This document shows, piece by piece, positions 48,051 to 57,215 of a DNA stretch of 64,000 nucleotides; the stretch's first letter is position 1; each line of letters starts with the position of its first letter. Where the stretch lies: assembly GCA_964446965.1 (NCBI GenBank), contig CAYUQD010000002.1, positions 32,689-96,688 of the forward strand, read 5' to 3'. This DNA comes from an uncultured Candidatus Saccharibacteria bacterium. GTDB taxonomy: Bacteria; Patescibacteriota; Minisyncoccia; Phycocordibacterales; UBA9973. Under the pieces are notes generated by a model that was not told the origin of the DNA, did not search any database, and worked only from the letters and a program-made list of their open reading frames with translations. The translations under genes and the position numbers were made by a program.

Positions 48051-48181
48051 TCGTTAGTTGAGAAGCGGTGCAATAGTAAAGATGAGCATACTCAAGATCA
48101 CAAAGATACCAAAGACCTTGAGCCACACACCTGCACGCTTTCTGTTATGATTGAATAGCATATCCATCATCCTATCACGCA

Positions 48182-48574
48182 ATGGCAAAAACACAATTTA
48201 CCAAAACTCCACACCGTGTCTCTCCCAAGCGCCTTCTCGCTGCCCTTGTCGCGCTCAGTGTTGCATTCCTCCTCCTAACTTCAGTGGTGAGTATTGCGCA
48301 GAAATATAGCGCCACTCGCAAACATATCGTCGAACTCGAACAAGAAAAGGCTGCTCTAGAGGCAAAGCAGGCCAACCTCAAAGAAATGAATGATTACATT
48401 CAGACCCCTGCAGGATCCGAGCAACTTTTGCGTCAAAAATACAACGTCGTCAAGCCAGGAGAGGGGGTTATCGTTGTCGCAAATCCATCCACAATAGAGC
48501 CACAGACTCGTTCCAGCGCTGTCGGACGATGGTGGAACGCCATATTGATGGGGCTTGGAATCCGCAAAGAGTAG
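48182..48574 (+). CDS. FtsB/DivIC-like septum-formation initiator
   Basis: TM helix, coiled coil (ELEQEKAALEAKQANL), then QLLRQKYNVVKPGEGVIVV, which is typical of the family. Confidence 0.55.
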   Translation: MAKTQFTKTPHRVSPKRLLAALVALSVAFLLLTSVVSIAQKYSATRKHIVELEQEKAALEAKQANLKEMNDYIQTPAGSEQLLRQKYNVVKPGEGVIVVANPSTIEPQTRSSAVGRWWNAILMGLGIRKE

Positions 48575-48589
48575 GATTATACTGTACTT

Positions 48590-48826
48590 ATGAAACCTAT
48601 CACCATCTACAGCACACCCGTATGTCACTATTGTAACCTTGCCAAGGACTTCTTTAAGGCAAATAACATTGCGTATACCGAATATAATGTGGCTACAGAT
48701 ATGGACAAGCGCACCGAGATGATGGAACTCACGGGCCAGATGGGGGTACCTGTCATTCGCGTCGGAGACGACATCATGGTTGGCTTCCAAGAGTCTCATA
48801 TGAGGCAGGTCTTGGGAATGGCATAA
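48590..48826 (+). CDS. glutaredoxin-like protein (CxxC = CHYC)
   Basis: ITIYSTPVCHYCNLAKDFF...GQMGVPVI are glutaredoxin/NrdH fold motifs. Confidence 0.75.
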   Translation: MKPITIYSTPVCHYCNLAKDFFKANNIAYTEYNVATDMDKRTEMMELTGQMGVPVIRVGDDIMVGFQESHMRQVLGMA

Positions 48827-48832
48827 ACCCTC

Positions 48833-48904
48833 GCTTTCGTAGTTAAATGGATATAACTGCCCCGTCCTAAGGGGTAATTGTAGGTTCGATTCCTACCGAG
48901 AGCA
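48833..48904 (+). tRNA. tRNA-Arg (anticodon CCU), CCA not encoded
   Basis: GCTTTCGTAGTTAAATGGATATAACTGCCCCGTCCTAAGGGGTAATTGTAGGTTCGATTCCTACCGAGAGCA. 7-bp acceptor stem with one G-U, GUCCUAA anticodon loop, TTCGATT T-loop. Confidence 0.7.
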
Positions 48905-48925
48905 CTCTTTGGTATACTAAGTAGT

Positions 48926-49174
48926 ATGATAGACACAGACCTCGACGTACGACTCTCGGCAATGGAGAAAAAGATCGACGATATGCATGCAGTCGTCATG
49001 CGTATGCGCCGTGCACAGATCACTGCGCGCAACCGCAAGGTGCTCTACTGGGCCGTCATCATCGCACTTGGTGTCATTTCCTACTACTCGATCAAGCCCT
49101 ATCTCGAGCAGATACAGTCGCTCACTGACACTGCAGGGGACTATGGGGCACTCCTCAATAGTATCAATCAATAG
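48926..49174 (+). CDS. hypothetical small single-TM protein
   Basis: 82 aa with a central hydrophobic helix (VLYWAVIIALGVISYY). Confidence 0.35.
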   Translation: MIDTDLDVRLSAMEKKIDDMHAVVMRMRRAQITARNRKVLYWAVIIALGVISYYSIKPYLEQIQSLTDTAGDYGALLNSINQ

Positions 49175-49231
49175 CGTTGCTTTTTGACCCTTTTTCGTGT
49201 ATAAAATGTGTACCAAAAGCGTAGCTTTTAC

Positions 49232-49307
49232 GCTCAAGTAGCTCAGTTGGTAGAGCGCTCCCCTGAAGAGGGAGATGTCACCAGTTCAAGTCTGGTCTTG
49301 AGCACCA
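49232..49307 (+). tRNA. tRNA-Phe (anticodon GAA), CCA encoded
   Basis: GCTCAAGTAGCTCAGTTGGTAGAGCGCTCCCCTGAAGAGGGAGATGTCACCAGTTCAAGTCTGGTCTTGAGCACCA in a canonical cloverleaf. Confidence 0.9.
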
Positions 49308-49309
49308 AG

Positions 49310-49350
49310 AAACAAAAGATCCCTACATATCGTGTGGGGATCTTTTGTTT
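49310..49350. terminator. bidirectional terminator, 14-bp stem (AAACAAAAGATCCC...GGGATCTTTTGTTT)
   Basis: Long perfect stem between tRNA-Phe (+) and hsp20 (-). Confidence 0.7.
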
Positions 49351-49353
49351 GTA

Positions 49354-49857
49354 TTATATTGATTTGATCTTCAACACACTTCGTCGTCGCTTATCTACCT
49401 TTGGCATCTTGATGATGAGCATGCCGTGGCGTTCGATGGCTTCGGCGTTGTCGATCTCGACTTCCTCAGGGAGGTCTACAATGCGCTCAAATGCGCCCCA
49501 GTAGAGCTCACGGACGTGGTAGGAGTCGTTGGGGACACCTTTACTCTCTTCGCGTTTGCCGCTGATAGAGACGACGTCACGCGTGATATCGATAGTGAGG
49601 TTCTCGGGAAGGACGCCTGCGATGAGGGTCTGGATGATGATCTCGTTTTGGGTCTCGTACACATCGACAGGGAGCTCGCCGACTTCTTCGGACTTTACGT
49701 GCTTCTTTTCGCTCGTATCATCCTCGGTGATGTGGAGCTCGCGTTTCTCGGTTGCACGAGGGGATTCGCGCTTTGGTTCTTCGCGTGCTTCTATCTCATC
49801 GGTATCGTCAAAGCGAAGGTTGCCTGCGAGTCGTTCAAAAAATGATGGTTTCTTCAT
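49354..49857 (-). CDS. Hsp20/alpha-crystallin family small heat-shock protein
   Basis: LPVDVYETQNEIIIQTLIAGV...ISGKREE...SYHVRELYWGAFERIVDLPEEV is an alpha-crystallin domain. Confidence 0.8.
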   Translation of the reverse strand: MKKPSFFERLAGNLRFDDTDEIEAREEPKRESPRATEKRELHITEDDTSEKKHVKSEEVGELPVDVYETQNEIIIQTLIAGVLPENLTIDITRDVVSISGKREESKGVPNDSYHVRELYWGAFERIVDLPEEVEIDNAEAIERHGMLIIKMPKVDKRRRSVLKIKSI

Positions 49858-49862
49858 AAGGT

Positions 49863-50567
49863 TTAGGTTAATGCTCCTGGTGGATACCGGCGGAACTTCT
49901 CGAGAATGACGTGACTAATAATCGCAACGATCCACAAGTACCCATAAATTTGCAGAAAACTTGCAGTGTCGTTCTTTAGTATAAAAAAGTTGAACGTACT
50001 ATGCAAGAAGATTGCACCAGCGAGACCGAGTATCATGCCACCACGACGCATCCATCGAGGCGAGAGTGTGATGACAATCCCGATAAAACACGACGCGATA
50101 GCGTGCAACAGTGTCGACCCAAAGAACCGCAGGCCGCCAGTGAGGAGTCCCGCAGTGACGTTGAAGCTCGCTGCTGGCTGCAATACATAGAATATATTCT
50201 CAAGCGCTGCAAAGCCGAGGGCAACCGCAATGAGGTACATAGCTGGATCGAGGGCGTCGTTGTCATAGTCACTCTTGTACGCGACGATATAGAATACAAA
50301 GAATTTGAGGAATTCTTCGATACCAGCCCAGACTGCAATGCGTGTCCGAGGGTCTACAATAATATCTTTGAATATATTCTGAAGATACGTCGCAAGGAAT
50401 ACACTCGCTGCTCCAAGGAGGAAGCAGATAAAGACCAGTCCACGAGGTTCAGGCCGCTCACGATCGAGCTGGTGCCAATACAACAACCATATGAGTGATG
50501 GTACGGTACCGATAATGATAGCCCAAGTAGTCGGACTTATGACGAGCGAGTGGAGGAGAGAGGCCAT
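49863..50567 (-). CDS. PrsW-family intramembrane metalloprotease
   Basis: EEFLKF (EExxK), FAALENIFY (FxxxE) and LLHAIASCF (H) motifs in a polytopic membrane protein. Confidence 0.6.
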   Translation of the reverse strand: MASLLHSLVISPTTWAIIIGTVPSLIWLLYWHQLDRERPEPRGLVFICFLLGAASVFLATYLQNIFKDIIVDPRTRIAVWAGIEEFLKFFVFYIVAYKSDYDNDALDPAMYLIAVALGFAALENIFYVLQPAASFNVTAGLLTGGLRFFGSTLLHAIASCFIGIVITLSPRWMRRGGMILGLAGAIFLHSTFNFFILKNDTASFLQIYGYLWIVAIISHVILEKFRRYPPGALT

Positions 50568-52720
50568 GGTGTTACCATGAGTAGTGTATCATCTGCCGCG
50601 ATGAGTTCCCACAGCGCCTCGGTGACGAATGGCATGAATGGATGCAATGTTGCGACACATTCGCGCAATAGTTCGTGCAAGAGTTTTTGTCGGGATGCTT
50701 TGACGAGTGCATCAGTGCTCGAGAGCAAGGGTTTGCTTTCCTCAATGATCTTGTCTGCGAATACGGTCCAGATGTACTGGTATATCTTTTCTGAAGCGAG
50801 GTGGAGGCGGTACCCATCGATATCGGTGGTGATTTGCTTGAGTTCATTTCTCCATCCTTCGTATACGACAGCGTCTTCTTCGCTCAGTACTGCATCTGTC
50901 GGCATACCGTCAGTACTCGTGAGTACAAAGCGGGCGATGTTCCAGAGTTTGTTCGCAAAGAGTTTCTGACCCTTGATCTTGTCTTCGGAGAGTTTCATAT
51001 CAGTGCCGGGAGCAGTGCCAAATATGAGCGCCATACGTCCTGCATCCGCCCCAAACTTTGCGGCGACATCGAGTGGGTCGATACCGTTGCCGAGTGACTT
51101 GGAAAATTTGCGCCCTTGGTTGTCGCGGACGATACCGGTGAGGAACACATTCTCAAATGGAATAGTGCCGAGTGCGTACTGTGTCATCAGGATCATACGC
51201 GCAATCCAATGAAAAAGAATCTCATATGCAGGAACGATAGTCGTGGTCGGGTGATATATCGCGAGATCCTCAGTCTGGTTGGGCCAACCAAGGGTCGAGA
51301 ATGACCAGAGACCAGAAGAGAACCACGTGTCGAGTGTGTCGCCGTCTTGTTCCCAGCCGTCACCAGCAGGTGCTGCAATACCGCAGTAGATCTCGTCTCC
51401 TTTGTACCAGACAGGGATACGGTGCCCATACCAGATCTGTCGAGAGATACACCAGTCGCGGAGGTTGTCGATCCAGTGGAAATACGTCTTGTTGAAATAT
51501 TCAGGGTTGATCGCGATCTTGTTCTCAGCGACAGGGTCGCGCATGAGTTCCTTGAGGGTTTTGTTTCCTCGTGCAGCAACCGGTTTGTTCACATTGATGA
51601 ACCATTGGAGTTTAGGCAGAGGTTCGATGATACCGCCAGTACGTTCAGCCATTGATACATTTTGGTCGATCACTTCTTCTTTTTCCAACAGATTTTCTTC
51701 GTGTAGCCATGCAACGATCGCTTCTCGAGCATCGGTAGTTTTCTTATTCAAGATTCGTTCGTCACCAACAGTCATCTTTGCGTACTCATTGATCACTTGT
51801 GGGCGAGGGAGATCATGTCGGTCGGCAATCTCCCAGTCAGTCATACTATGTGCCGGCGTCACACCGAGCGCGCCAGTCCCAAAGTCCTTGTCCACCTCTC
51901 TATCTGCAATCACTTTGATGTGGAGGGGTACACCACAAAACTCGAGGTCGTATTCTTTGCCAACGTACTCTGCATAGCGTGTGTCATCTGGATGCACTGC
52001 AACTGCGACGTCACCTACCTTTGTCTCAGGACGAGTTGTCGAGATAGCAATAGGGAATTCTTTGGAATAACGGAACGTATACATCGTCGCCTTGCGCGCT
52101 TCGTGTACGACTTCGTCATCAGACACTGTGGTCTGTCCTTTGGGATCCCAGTTCACGATGCGGTTGCCACGATAGATGAGTCCGTCGTCGTACATGGACT
52201 TAAATATTGTGCGCACTGCAACGTTGCGCTGTTCATCGAGGGTGAATGCTTCGCGTGACCAGTCGCATGAAAATCCGAGTGCTTTGATCTGACTGACCAT
52301 GGTGTCGTGACTGCCTTGTGCAAAGGTCGCAATACGCTTGAGCATTTCTTCGCGGCCGAGGTCGTGACGAGAGAGACCTTCTTCTTTTTTGATTATTCCT
52401 TCGACTTTGGATTGTGTTGCAATCGCAGCGTGGTCAGTACCGGGGATCCAGAGTGTACGAAACCCTTGCATGCGTTTGTAGCGAATGAGAATGTCTTGGA
52501 CAGTACCACCGAGTGCATGACCCATGTGAAGTGTACCGGTGACGTTGGGTGGAGGGAGGACGATGGTGAAGGGTTTGGCGTCGGGCTTGGTGAGGCCGTC
52601 CTTGATCATGTTCTCAGGCGTGAAGTAGCCAGAGTCTTCCCATTTCTGGTAGATGCGGGATTCTTCGTCGACAGGGTTGTACGGCTTCAAAAGCTTCTCA
52701 GGGATAGCGGGGAATTCCAT
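50537..52720 (-). CDS. valS: valine--tRNA ligase (short form)
   Basis: PPPNVTGTLHMGHAL (HIGH) and KFSKSLGN (KMSKS), 727 aa. Confidence 0.85.
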   Translation of the reverse strand: MEFPAIPEKLLKPYNPVDEESRIYQKWEDSGYFTPENMIKDGLTKPDAKPFTIVLPPPNVTGTLHMGHALGGTVQDILIRYKRMQGFRTLWIPGTDHAAIATQSKVEGIIKKEEGLSRHDLGREEMLKRIATFAQGSHDTMVSQIKALGFSCDWSREAFTLDEQRNVAVRTIFKSMYDDGLIYRGNRIVNWDPKGQTTVSDDEVVHEARKATMYTFRYSKEFPIAISTTRPETKVGDVAVAVHPDDTRYAEYVGKEYDLEFCGVPLHIKVIADREVDKDFGTGALGVTPAHSMTDWEIADRHDLPRPQVINEYAKMTVGDERILNKKTTDAREAIVAWLHEENLLEKEEVIDQNVSMAERTGGIIEPLPKLQWFINVNKPVAARGNKTLKELMRDPVAENKIAINPEYFNKTYFHWIDNLRDWCISRQIWYGHRIPVWYKGDEIYCGIAAPAGDGWEQDGDTLDTWFSSGLWSFSTLGWPNQTEDLAIYHPTTTIVPAYEILFHWIARMILMTQYALGTIPFENVFLTGIVRDNQGRKFSKSLGNGIDPLDVAAKFGADAGRMALIFGTAPGTDMKLSEDKIKGQKLFANKLWNIARFVLTSTDGMPTDAVLSEEDAVVYEGWRNELKQITTDIDGYRLHLASEKIYQYIWTVFADKIIEESKPLLSSTDALVKASRQKLLHELLRECVATLHPFMPFVTEALWELIAADDTLLMVTPWPLSSTRSS

Positions 52721-52761
52721 TCAGTTATACTAGCAATTTTAAGGCGTTTTGGGGAGTGGGA

Positions 52762-52789
52762 TTGACTAATGTCCTTTGTATAGTAATCT
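52762..52789 (+). promoter_or_regulatory. sigma70-like promoter (TTGACT, 16 nt spacer, TAATCT)
   Basis: Upstream of the small basic ORF. Confidence 0.3.
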
Positions 52790-52823
52790 GAGGTCAATAT
52801 TGTTCACCGCATAAAACTACCAT

Positions 52824-53027
52824 ATGCCAAAAGTAAAACCCGGTTCCAGAAAGCAAAGAGAAATCTTTATCAAGCAAGCAATAAAAAAAGGGAAATTTAA
52901 TACAGCACGCACACAGGCTTGCAAACTCGGTCCTGATTGCGAGTGGTATATACCAAAGAAAAGATCACTACAAAGGACGAAAAAGAATCGTTACGAAGGT
53001 CACCTTAAGCGACCAAAAAGACATTAA
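52824..53027 (+). CDS. hypothetical small basic protein with CxxxxC
   Basis: 67 aa with pI clearly high (many K/R) and a CKLGPDC motif. On the opposite strand to both neighbours. Confidence 0.35.
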   Translation: MPKVKPGSRKQREIFIKQAIKKGKFNTARTQACKLGPDCEWYIPKKRSLQRTKKNRYEGHLKRPKRH

Positions 53028-53029
53028 TA

Positions 53030-54196
53030 CTACAACGACAAATTTCCATCCGCCACCAATGCATCTGGAGCGGATGTTTTTATTTGTCCACTGTTGATTT
53101 GGGAGAGCGCTGCGAGGCCGATCATGACTGCGTTGTCAGTGGCGAGCCATTGTTCGGGGAATAATACGACGGTATCAGGTAGTTGTTTTGCGACTGCCTT
53201 TTGTAACTCGTTCCGCAAGTAGGTGTTGCCCGCAACACCACCACCAACGATGATTGTTGGAGTGTGGTGTTCTGTTGCAGCCCTGATTGTTTTCTTTACG
53301 AGTACTTCTATTGCTGCAGTTTCAAATTCGCACGCAAGTGCCATCTTTTGGTCATCGCTGAGTTCACCAACTTCTTTTGCGGCGTAGAGCACTGCGGTCT
53401 TGATACCAGAGAACGAGAAGTCATAGTCGCCAGAGTGGAGCATCGGACGAGGAAGGGTAAATTGTGGCGGGAGATTGGTGTCGCGATATGTTGCAGCGAG
53501 TTTGGACACGGCAGGTCCACCGGGGTATGGGAGTCCGAGGACACGAGCGACTTTGTCAAAGGCTTCGCCGACTGCGTCGTCGCGCGTTGCACCGATTTTT
53601 TTGTACGTTCCAAAACGTTCTGCAATGACGAGCTCGGTGTGGCCACCAGATACTAACAATGAAAGTACGGGGAACTCGAGATCTCCAAATCGATAGACGT
53701 CGTCTTGGAGTTTCTCGATCGCTGCGGTCACCACGTGACCCTCCATGTGATTGATTGCGATAATAGGGATGTTCCAGATACTCGAGAGCGCGCGAGCGGC
53801 ATTGATCCCCACCCAGAGCGCGGGCTCGAGTCCCGGACCGACGGTCACGGCGATGTAGTCGATATCAGGACGTTGGTAGTAGGTAAAGAAGGGGAGGAAG
53901 TGCTCCTTGAGCGCTGACTCTTTGTCATCCATGAATGCGAGGGTGTCGGACATATCGGCGAGCGGGGCATCGACTGCCTCGAGGAGGTCGGCTTTGTCGA
54001 GGGCCTCGATGATGAGGGGGACCATTTTCTCTGCATGAGCGCGCTTTGCCATGGTGGGGAATACACCTCCGTATTGCGAGTGGAGCTCTATTTGGGATGC
54101 GAGGGCATTGCCTCGTATGAGTATGGTGTCGTCAGACTGTTCGAGCACGCAGATGCCTGTCTCGTCACAGCTCGTCTCTATTGCCAGGATTTTCAT
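53030..54196 (-). CDS. tsaD: tRNA N6-adenosine threonylcarbamoyltransferase
   Basis: MKILAIETSCDETGICV..., HMEGH metal site, ASKH/Kae1 fold. The ORF-track start at 54217 is an alternative. Confidence 0.85.
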   Translation of the reverse strand: MKILAIETSCDETGICVLEQSDDTILIRGNALASQIELHSQYGGVFPTMAKRAHAEKMVPLIIEALDKADLLEAVDAPLADMSDTLAFMDDKESALKEHFLPFFTYYQRPDIDYIAVTVGPGLEPALWVGINAARALSSIWNIPIIAINHMEGHVVTAAIEKLQDDVYRFGDLEFPVLSLLVSGGHTELVIAERFGTYKKIGATRDDAVGEAFDKVARVLGLPYPGGPAVSKLAATYRDTNLPPQFTLPRPMLHSGDYDFSFSGIKTAVLYAAKEVGELSDDQKMALACEFETAAIEVLVKKTIRAATEHHTPTIIVGGGVAGNTYLRNELQKAVAKQLPDTVVLFPEQWLATDNAVMIGLAALSQINSGQIKTSAPDALVADGNLSL

Positions 54197-54261
54197 CCCG
54201 ACACTATACCAAGACATTGTATTTTAGAGAAGGTGTGGTAAGGTTATGAAAAATCTACGAC

Positions 54262-54879
54262 ATGGAAAAAAATATAAATCTACTAATCTTCGGGATTGTT
54301 GGCGGTAGTGGCGCTGGTAAAACAGAGCTTGCAAAACTACTACTAAAACATTATTTTGACATTCTCACGTTTTCTGTTTCGGGCACGACTAGACCTGCCG
54401 GAGCTAATGAACGGCACGGAATTGATTATCATTTCTACAGTCATGAACGATTTGCACAATTAGAACAAGAAAAACATTTTTTAGAAACCAATTCGCTTGC
54501 AACAGGCAATCGATATGGGACACCTCTTTCAGAATTACAGAGAGCTCAAAATTTACAAAAAATTTTACTTGTTGATCTTGAAATCAATGGCGCTAAGCAA
54601 ATTTATGATCAGTATCCTGATAATTCAAAATTTGTATTTCTGGATGTTGATGATTCTGAAGCAGAGCGTAGGTTGAAAAATGCAGGAACTCGCAAACGGG
54701 AAAAGATCCCAGAGCGAATTCTCAACCTTCAACAACAGCGTCTACTTGTACATCAATATGACTGGATGACGACAATTATCGACACAACCAATTTTGAGGT
54801 AACAAAAATCTACGACTGTGTAGTAAATACTTTGTTAAACGAGATCAGTTTCAGAAAAAGTTATTTTGTTTCTTCGTAA
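54262..54879 (+). CDS. gmk: guanylate kinase-like protein (divergent P-loop)
   Basis: GGSGAGKTEL, SVSGTTRPAGANERHGIDYHF, GNRYGT are GMP-kinase motifs. Confidence 0.65.
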   Translation: MEKNINLLIFGIVGGSGAGKTELAKLLLKHYFDILTFSVSGTTRPAGANERHGIDYHFYSHERFAQLEQEKHFLETNSLATGNRYGTPLSELQRAQNLQKILLVDLEINGAKQIYDQYPDNSKFVFLDVDDSEAERRLKNAGTRKREKIPERILNLQQQRLLVHQYDWMTTIIDTTNFEVTKIYDCVVNTLLNEISFRKSYFVSS

Positions 54880-54883
54880 AAGT

Positions 54884-54910
54884 AAATCCCCCTTCAGGGG
54901 GATTTTTTGT
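54884..54910 (+). terminator. intrinsic terminator (ATCCCCCttcaGGGGGAT plus T6)
   Basis: Hairpin plus U-run. It overlaps the annotated TTG start of the next ORF, supporting the downstream ATG. Confidence 0.65.
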
Positions 54911-54922
54911 TATACTCCTCAT

Positions 54923-55159
54923 ATGGACTGGGAAATCAAGGACAACAAGCTGGTGCGGGAGTACACCTTCGAGACATTCACTGATGCGATACGCTTTATC
55001 AACGCGGTTGCAGTCTTTGTTGATGAACAAGATCATCATCCTGAGATTTGGAATAGCTACACTACTGTGCGACTCACACTGACAACACATGATGACGGTG
55101 ACAAAATAACTCCCCAAGACTATGCACTCGCATCTGTCATCGACGAGATCAAGATATGA
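54923..55159 (+). CDS. phhB: pterin-4-alpha-carbinolamine dehydratase
   Basis: EQDHHPEIWNSYTTVRLTLTTHD is the PCD signature. ATG at 54923; ORF-track TTG at 54866. Confidence 0.8.
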   Translation: MDWEIKDNKLVREYTFETFTDAIRFINAVAVFVDEQDHHPEIWNSYTTVRLTLTTHDDGDKITPQDYALASVIDEIKI

Positions 55160-55518
55160 CCACACATCACCCTACACCTTCCGAAAAGAAAGACTACCGC
55201 ATCCGTAATGCGGTCGTTGTCGTGCTCATCGCACTATTCCTCATCGAGACATCGGTCTTGATCAAGGAATTCCAAGGTACGACTGCATTTCGCGACTTGC
55301 GTGCGCATGAGTATCGAGAGATCTCGATCGAGCCATGGATGACATTCCGATACGTGAACACGGTCTACAATATTGCTCCCACGTATTTCCAGACAGTGCT
55401 CGGCATTGGGGACCCCAAGTATCCTGACATCGAGATACGCAAGTTTGCGCGCGAACGCAACATAGATCCAGACGATCTGATCCGCGAGATCATGATCGTC
55501 CTCGATCGAGGAGTATAG
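55156..55518 (+). CDS. hypothetical single-TM protein
   Basis: Overlaps the phhB stop (ATGA). TM helix VVVVLIALFLIETSVLI. Confidence 0.4.
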   Translation: MTTHHPTPSEKKDYRIRNAVVVVLIALFLIETSVLIKEFQGTTAFRDLRAHEYREISIEPWMTFRYVNTVYNIAPTYFQTVLGIGDPKYPDIEIRKFARERNIDPDDLIREIMIVLDRGV

Positions 55519-55522
55519 TGCT

Positions 55523-56119
55523 ATGGATACGATCATCCAGAGTATCCTGCCGTTCCTCCTCCTGTACAAATACTGGGCACTCTTTGGGATCACCTTTCTC
55601 GCAGCATTCATCATCCCTATACCTCCGGGTACGATCATCATGGCGTCAGCCGCTTTTGCATACCAAGGGTACTTTGAGCTTGGATGGGTACTTGTCGTCG
55701 CGTCACTTGGCAACATTGCCGGAGACAACATTGGGTACTGGGTTGCACGTATGTACGGACATCCTATCTTGTACAAGCTCGGATTTCGCAAGGTGCTCGA
55801 GAGTCGTCGATATCAGAGTGTCGAACGCAGTATCAAGCGCCGTCCGGGATTCATCATTTTCATTAGTCGATTCGAAGTCTTTACCAACCTTGCGGTGAAT
55901 CTTATTGCAGGTCTCGGCAAGATCCGGTACCGCAAGTTCCTCCTATACGAATCCATCGGCGAGGTCGTCCAAGTCTCGCTCTACGGGACCATTGGGTACA
56001 TATTTGGCAGCAACTGGCAAATGATCAGTAGTATCATCGGACGTTCGCTCGTTATCATCATGGTGCTCGCTATTTTGTTTGTGATTATTTTTTGGAAAAA
56101 GATTTGGAAGCGCAAGTAG
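55523..56119 (+). CDS. dedA: DedA/VTT-domain membrane protein
   Basis: GIGKIRYRKFLLYESIGEVV and NIAGDNIGYWVAR are typical of the SNARE-associated DedA family. Confidence 0.7.
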   Translation: MDTIIQSILPFLLLYKYWALFGITFLAAFIIPIPPGTIIMASAAFAYQGYFELGWVLVVASLGNIAGDNIGYWVARMYGHPILYKLGFRKVLESRRYQSVERSIKRRPGFIIFISRFEVFTNLAVNLIAGLGKIRYRKFLLYESIGEVVQVSLYGTIGYIFGSNWQMISSIIGRSLVIIMVLAILFVIIFWKKIWKRK

Positions 56120-56247
56120 TATCGAGTATTTGGGAGACAGTGCAATGTGTGTCATAACACAATTGAGCTATCTATTGTCAATATAGTGCTGTATAGTCTA
56201 CGTCTAGTTTACGGATTAGGTATTATCAGTCATTCGAGAACACATCT

Positions 56248-56355
56248 ATGACTCAAGACGAAATCAAGGCACAAGAAGAAGCAGAACTCGCCAAAAAGGT
56301 AGCCGCTGCAACAGAAGAAAAGAAGGAAGAAGCGACAGAAGAAGTAGCTGCATAA
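56248..56355 (+). CDS. possible 35-aa acidic/Lys-rich peptide (MTQDEIKAQEEAELAKKVAAATEEKKEEATEEVAA), below ORF-track cutoff
   Basis: Open frame read manually, directly followed by a terminator. No Shine-Dalgarno sequence. Could equally be an sRNA. Confidence 0.2.
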   Translation: MTQDEIKAQEEAELAKKVAAATEEKKEEATEEVAA

Positions 56356-56370
56356 TAATGTACCTCCAAA

Positions 56371-56396
56371 GGAGACCTCGAAAGAGGTCTTTTTTG
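56371..56396 (+). terminator. intrinsic terminator (AGACCTCgaaaGAGGTCT plus T5)
   Basis: Hairpin plus U-run. Confidence 0.6.
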
Positions 56397-56462
56397 TTTG
56401 CTGAAAAATCTACTATTGACTAATCATAAAAAAGGTAGTACTTTAATAAAAAAATATGCACA

Positions 56463-57026
56463 ATGAAAAAGAAAACTATTGATGAAAAATTATTAGCATT
56501 TTTCCAAAAAAAGAGTGATTGGTTACTAGAATGGTTCGGTATCGACAACTTTGATATTGCGAGATTTCTGTTTTGTTTCTCTGGATTTTCTATTATTTCT
56601 GCCGATACGCACCTGTTTTATGTACAGAAATTAAATGGCTTAGATATTGTTCTTTCAGTTTTACTCCTATTTTCTATGGTACGTAATTTAGCCCACAATG
56701 AAGCAGGAAGGCGATCAGTCCGAAACAATCCTGTGTTTACCAACCCCAATGTTCTAAAGTTTTATTACTCTAGAATATCTACTGCACCGCTTGGTTTTGT
56801 GGCAATATTGCTTATTCCCGCAATATTCTTTCTATCCGAGAAGTCATTACAGATAAAGATATATGCTATTTATATATCTTTATACTTTATTAGCCAAACT
56901 GCAGGCTATTATTTCTCATCCTGTACCCCCAAGCCTCCTTCACATGCAAAAAAGAAATGGAGGAAATTGACGGAAAGTATTGGTCAAATCGGAAAAAAGC
57001 ACATAATTATTACTACAAAAAATTAA
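56463..57026 (+). CDS. hypothetical polytopic membrane protein, AT-rich (start of AT-rich island)
   Basis: Four or more TM helices. No family recognised. Confidence 0.45.
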   Translation: MKKKTIDEKLLAFFQKKSDWLLEWFGIDNFDIARFLFCFSGFSIISADTHLFYVQKLNGLDIVLSVLLLFSMVRNLAHNEAGRRSVRNNPVFTNPNVLKFYYSRISTAPLGFVAILLIPAIFFLSEKSLQIKIYAIYISLYFISQTAGYYFSSCTPKPPSHAKKKWRKLTESIGQIGKKHIIITTKN

Positions 57027-57035
57027 AAATGAAGT

Positions 57036-57063
57036 CACTGCAACAGTCAGTGGCTTTTTTTTA
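57036..57063 (+). terminator. intrinsic terminator (CACTGcaacagtCAGTG plus T8)
   Basis: Hairpin plus TTTTTTTT. Confidence 0.55.
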
Positions 57064-57082
57064 TTTCCTAAATTTGTGACCC
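57064..57082 (+). repeat. direct repeat copy A TTTCCTAAATTTGTGAC(CC)
   Basis: Identical over 16 nt to 57798-57813. Both copies follow a terminator T-run. Confidence 0.8.
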
Positions 57083-57215
57083 CAAGACTTGGATTTCCGA
57101 AATACTGGGGTATCAAACTTTAATGAAAAGTAGTATTCACGAAATGCAGGTACTATTGCCAAATGTTGGGTAAATGGTAATGTATCTCAAAATATTCATC
57201 ATTAAAAAAACTACT

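Noticed and set aside
48053-48172. 38-aa minus-strand ORF (MMDMLFNHNRKRAGVWLKVFGIFVILSMLIFTIAPLLN) between lepA and the ftsB-like gene
   Set aside because: Its hydrophobic-helix composition is plausible for a tiny membrane protein, but no promoter, Shine-Dalgarno sequence or terminator supports it. Noted here only.
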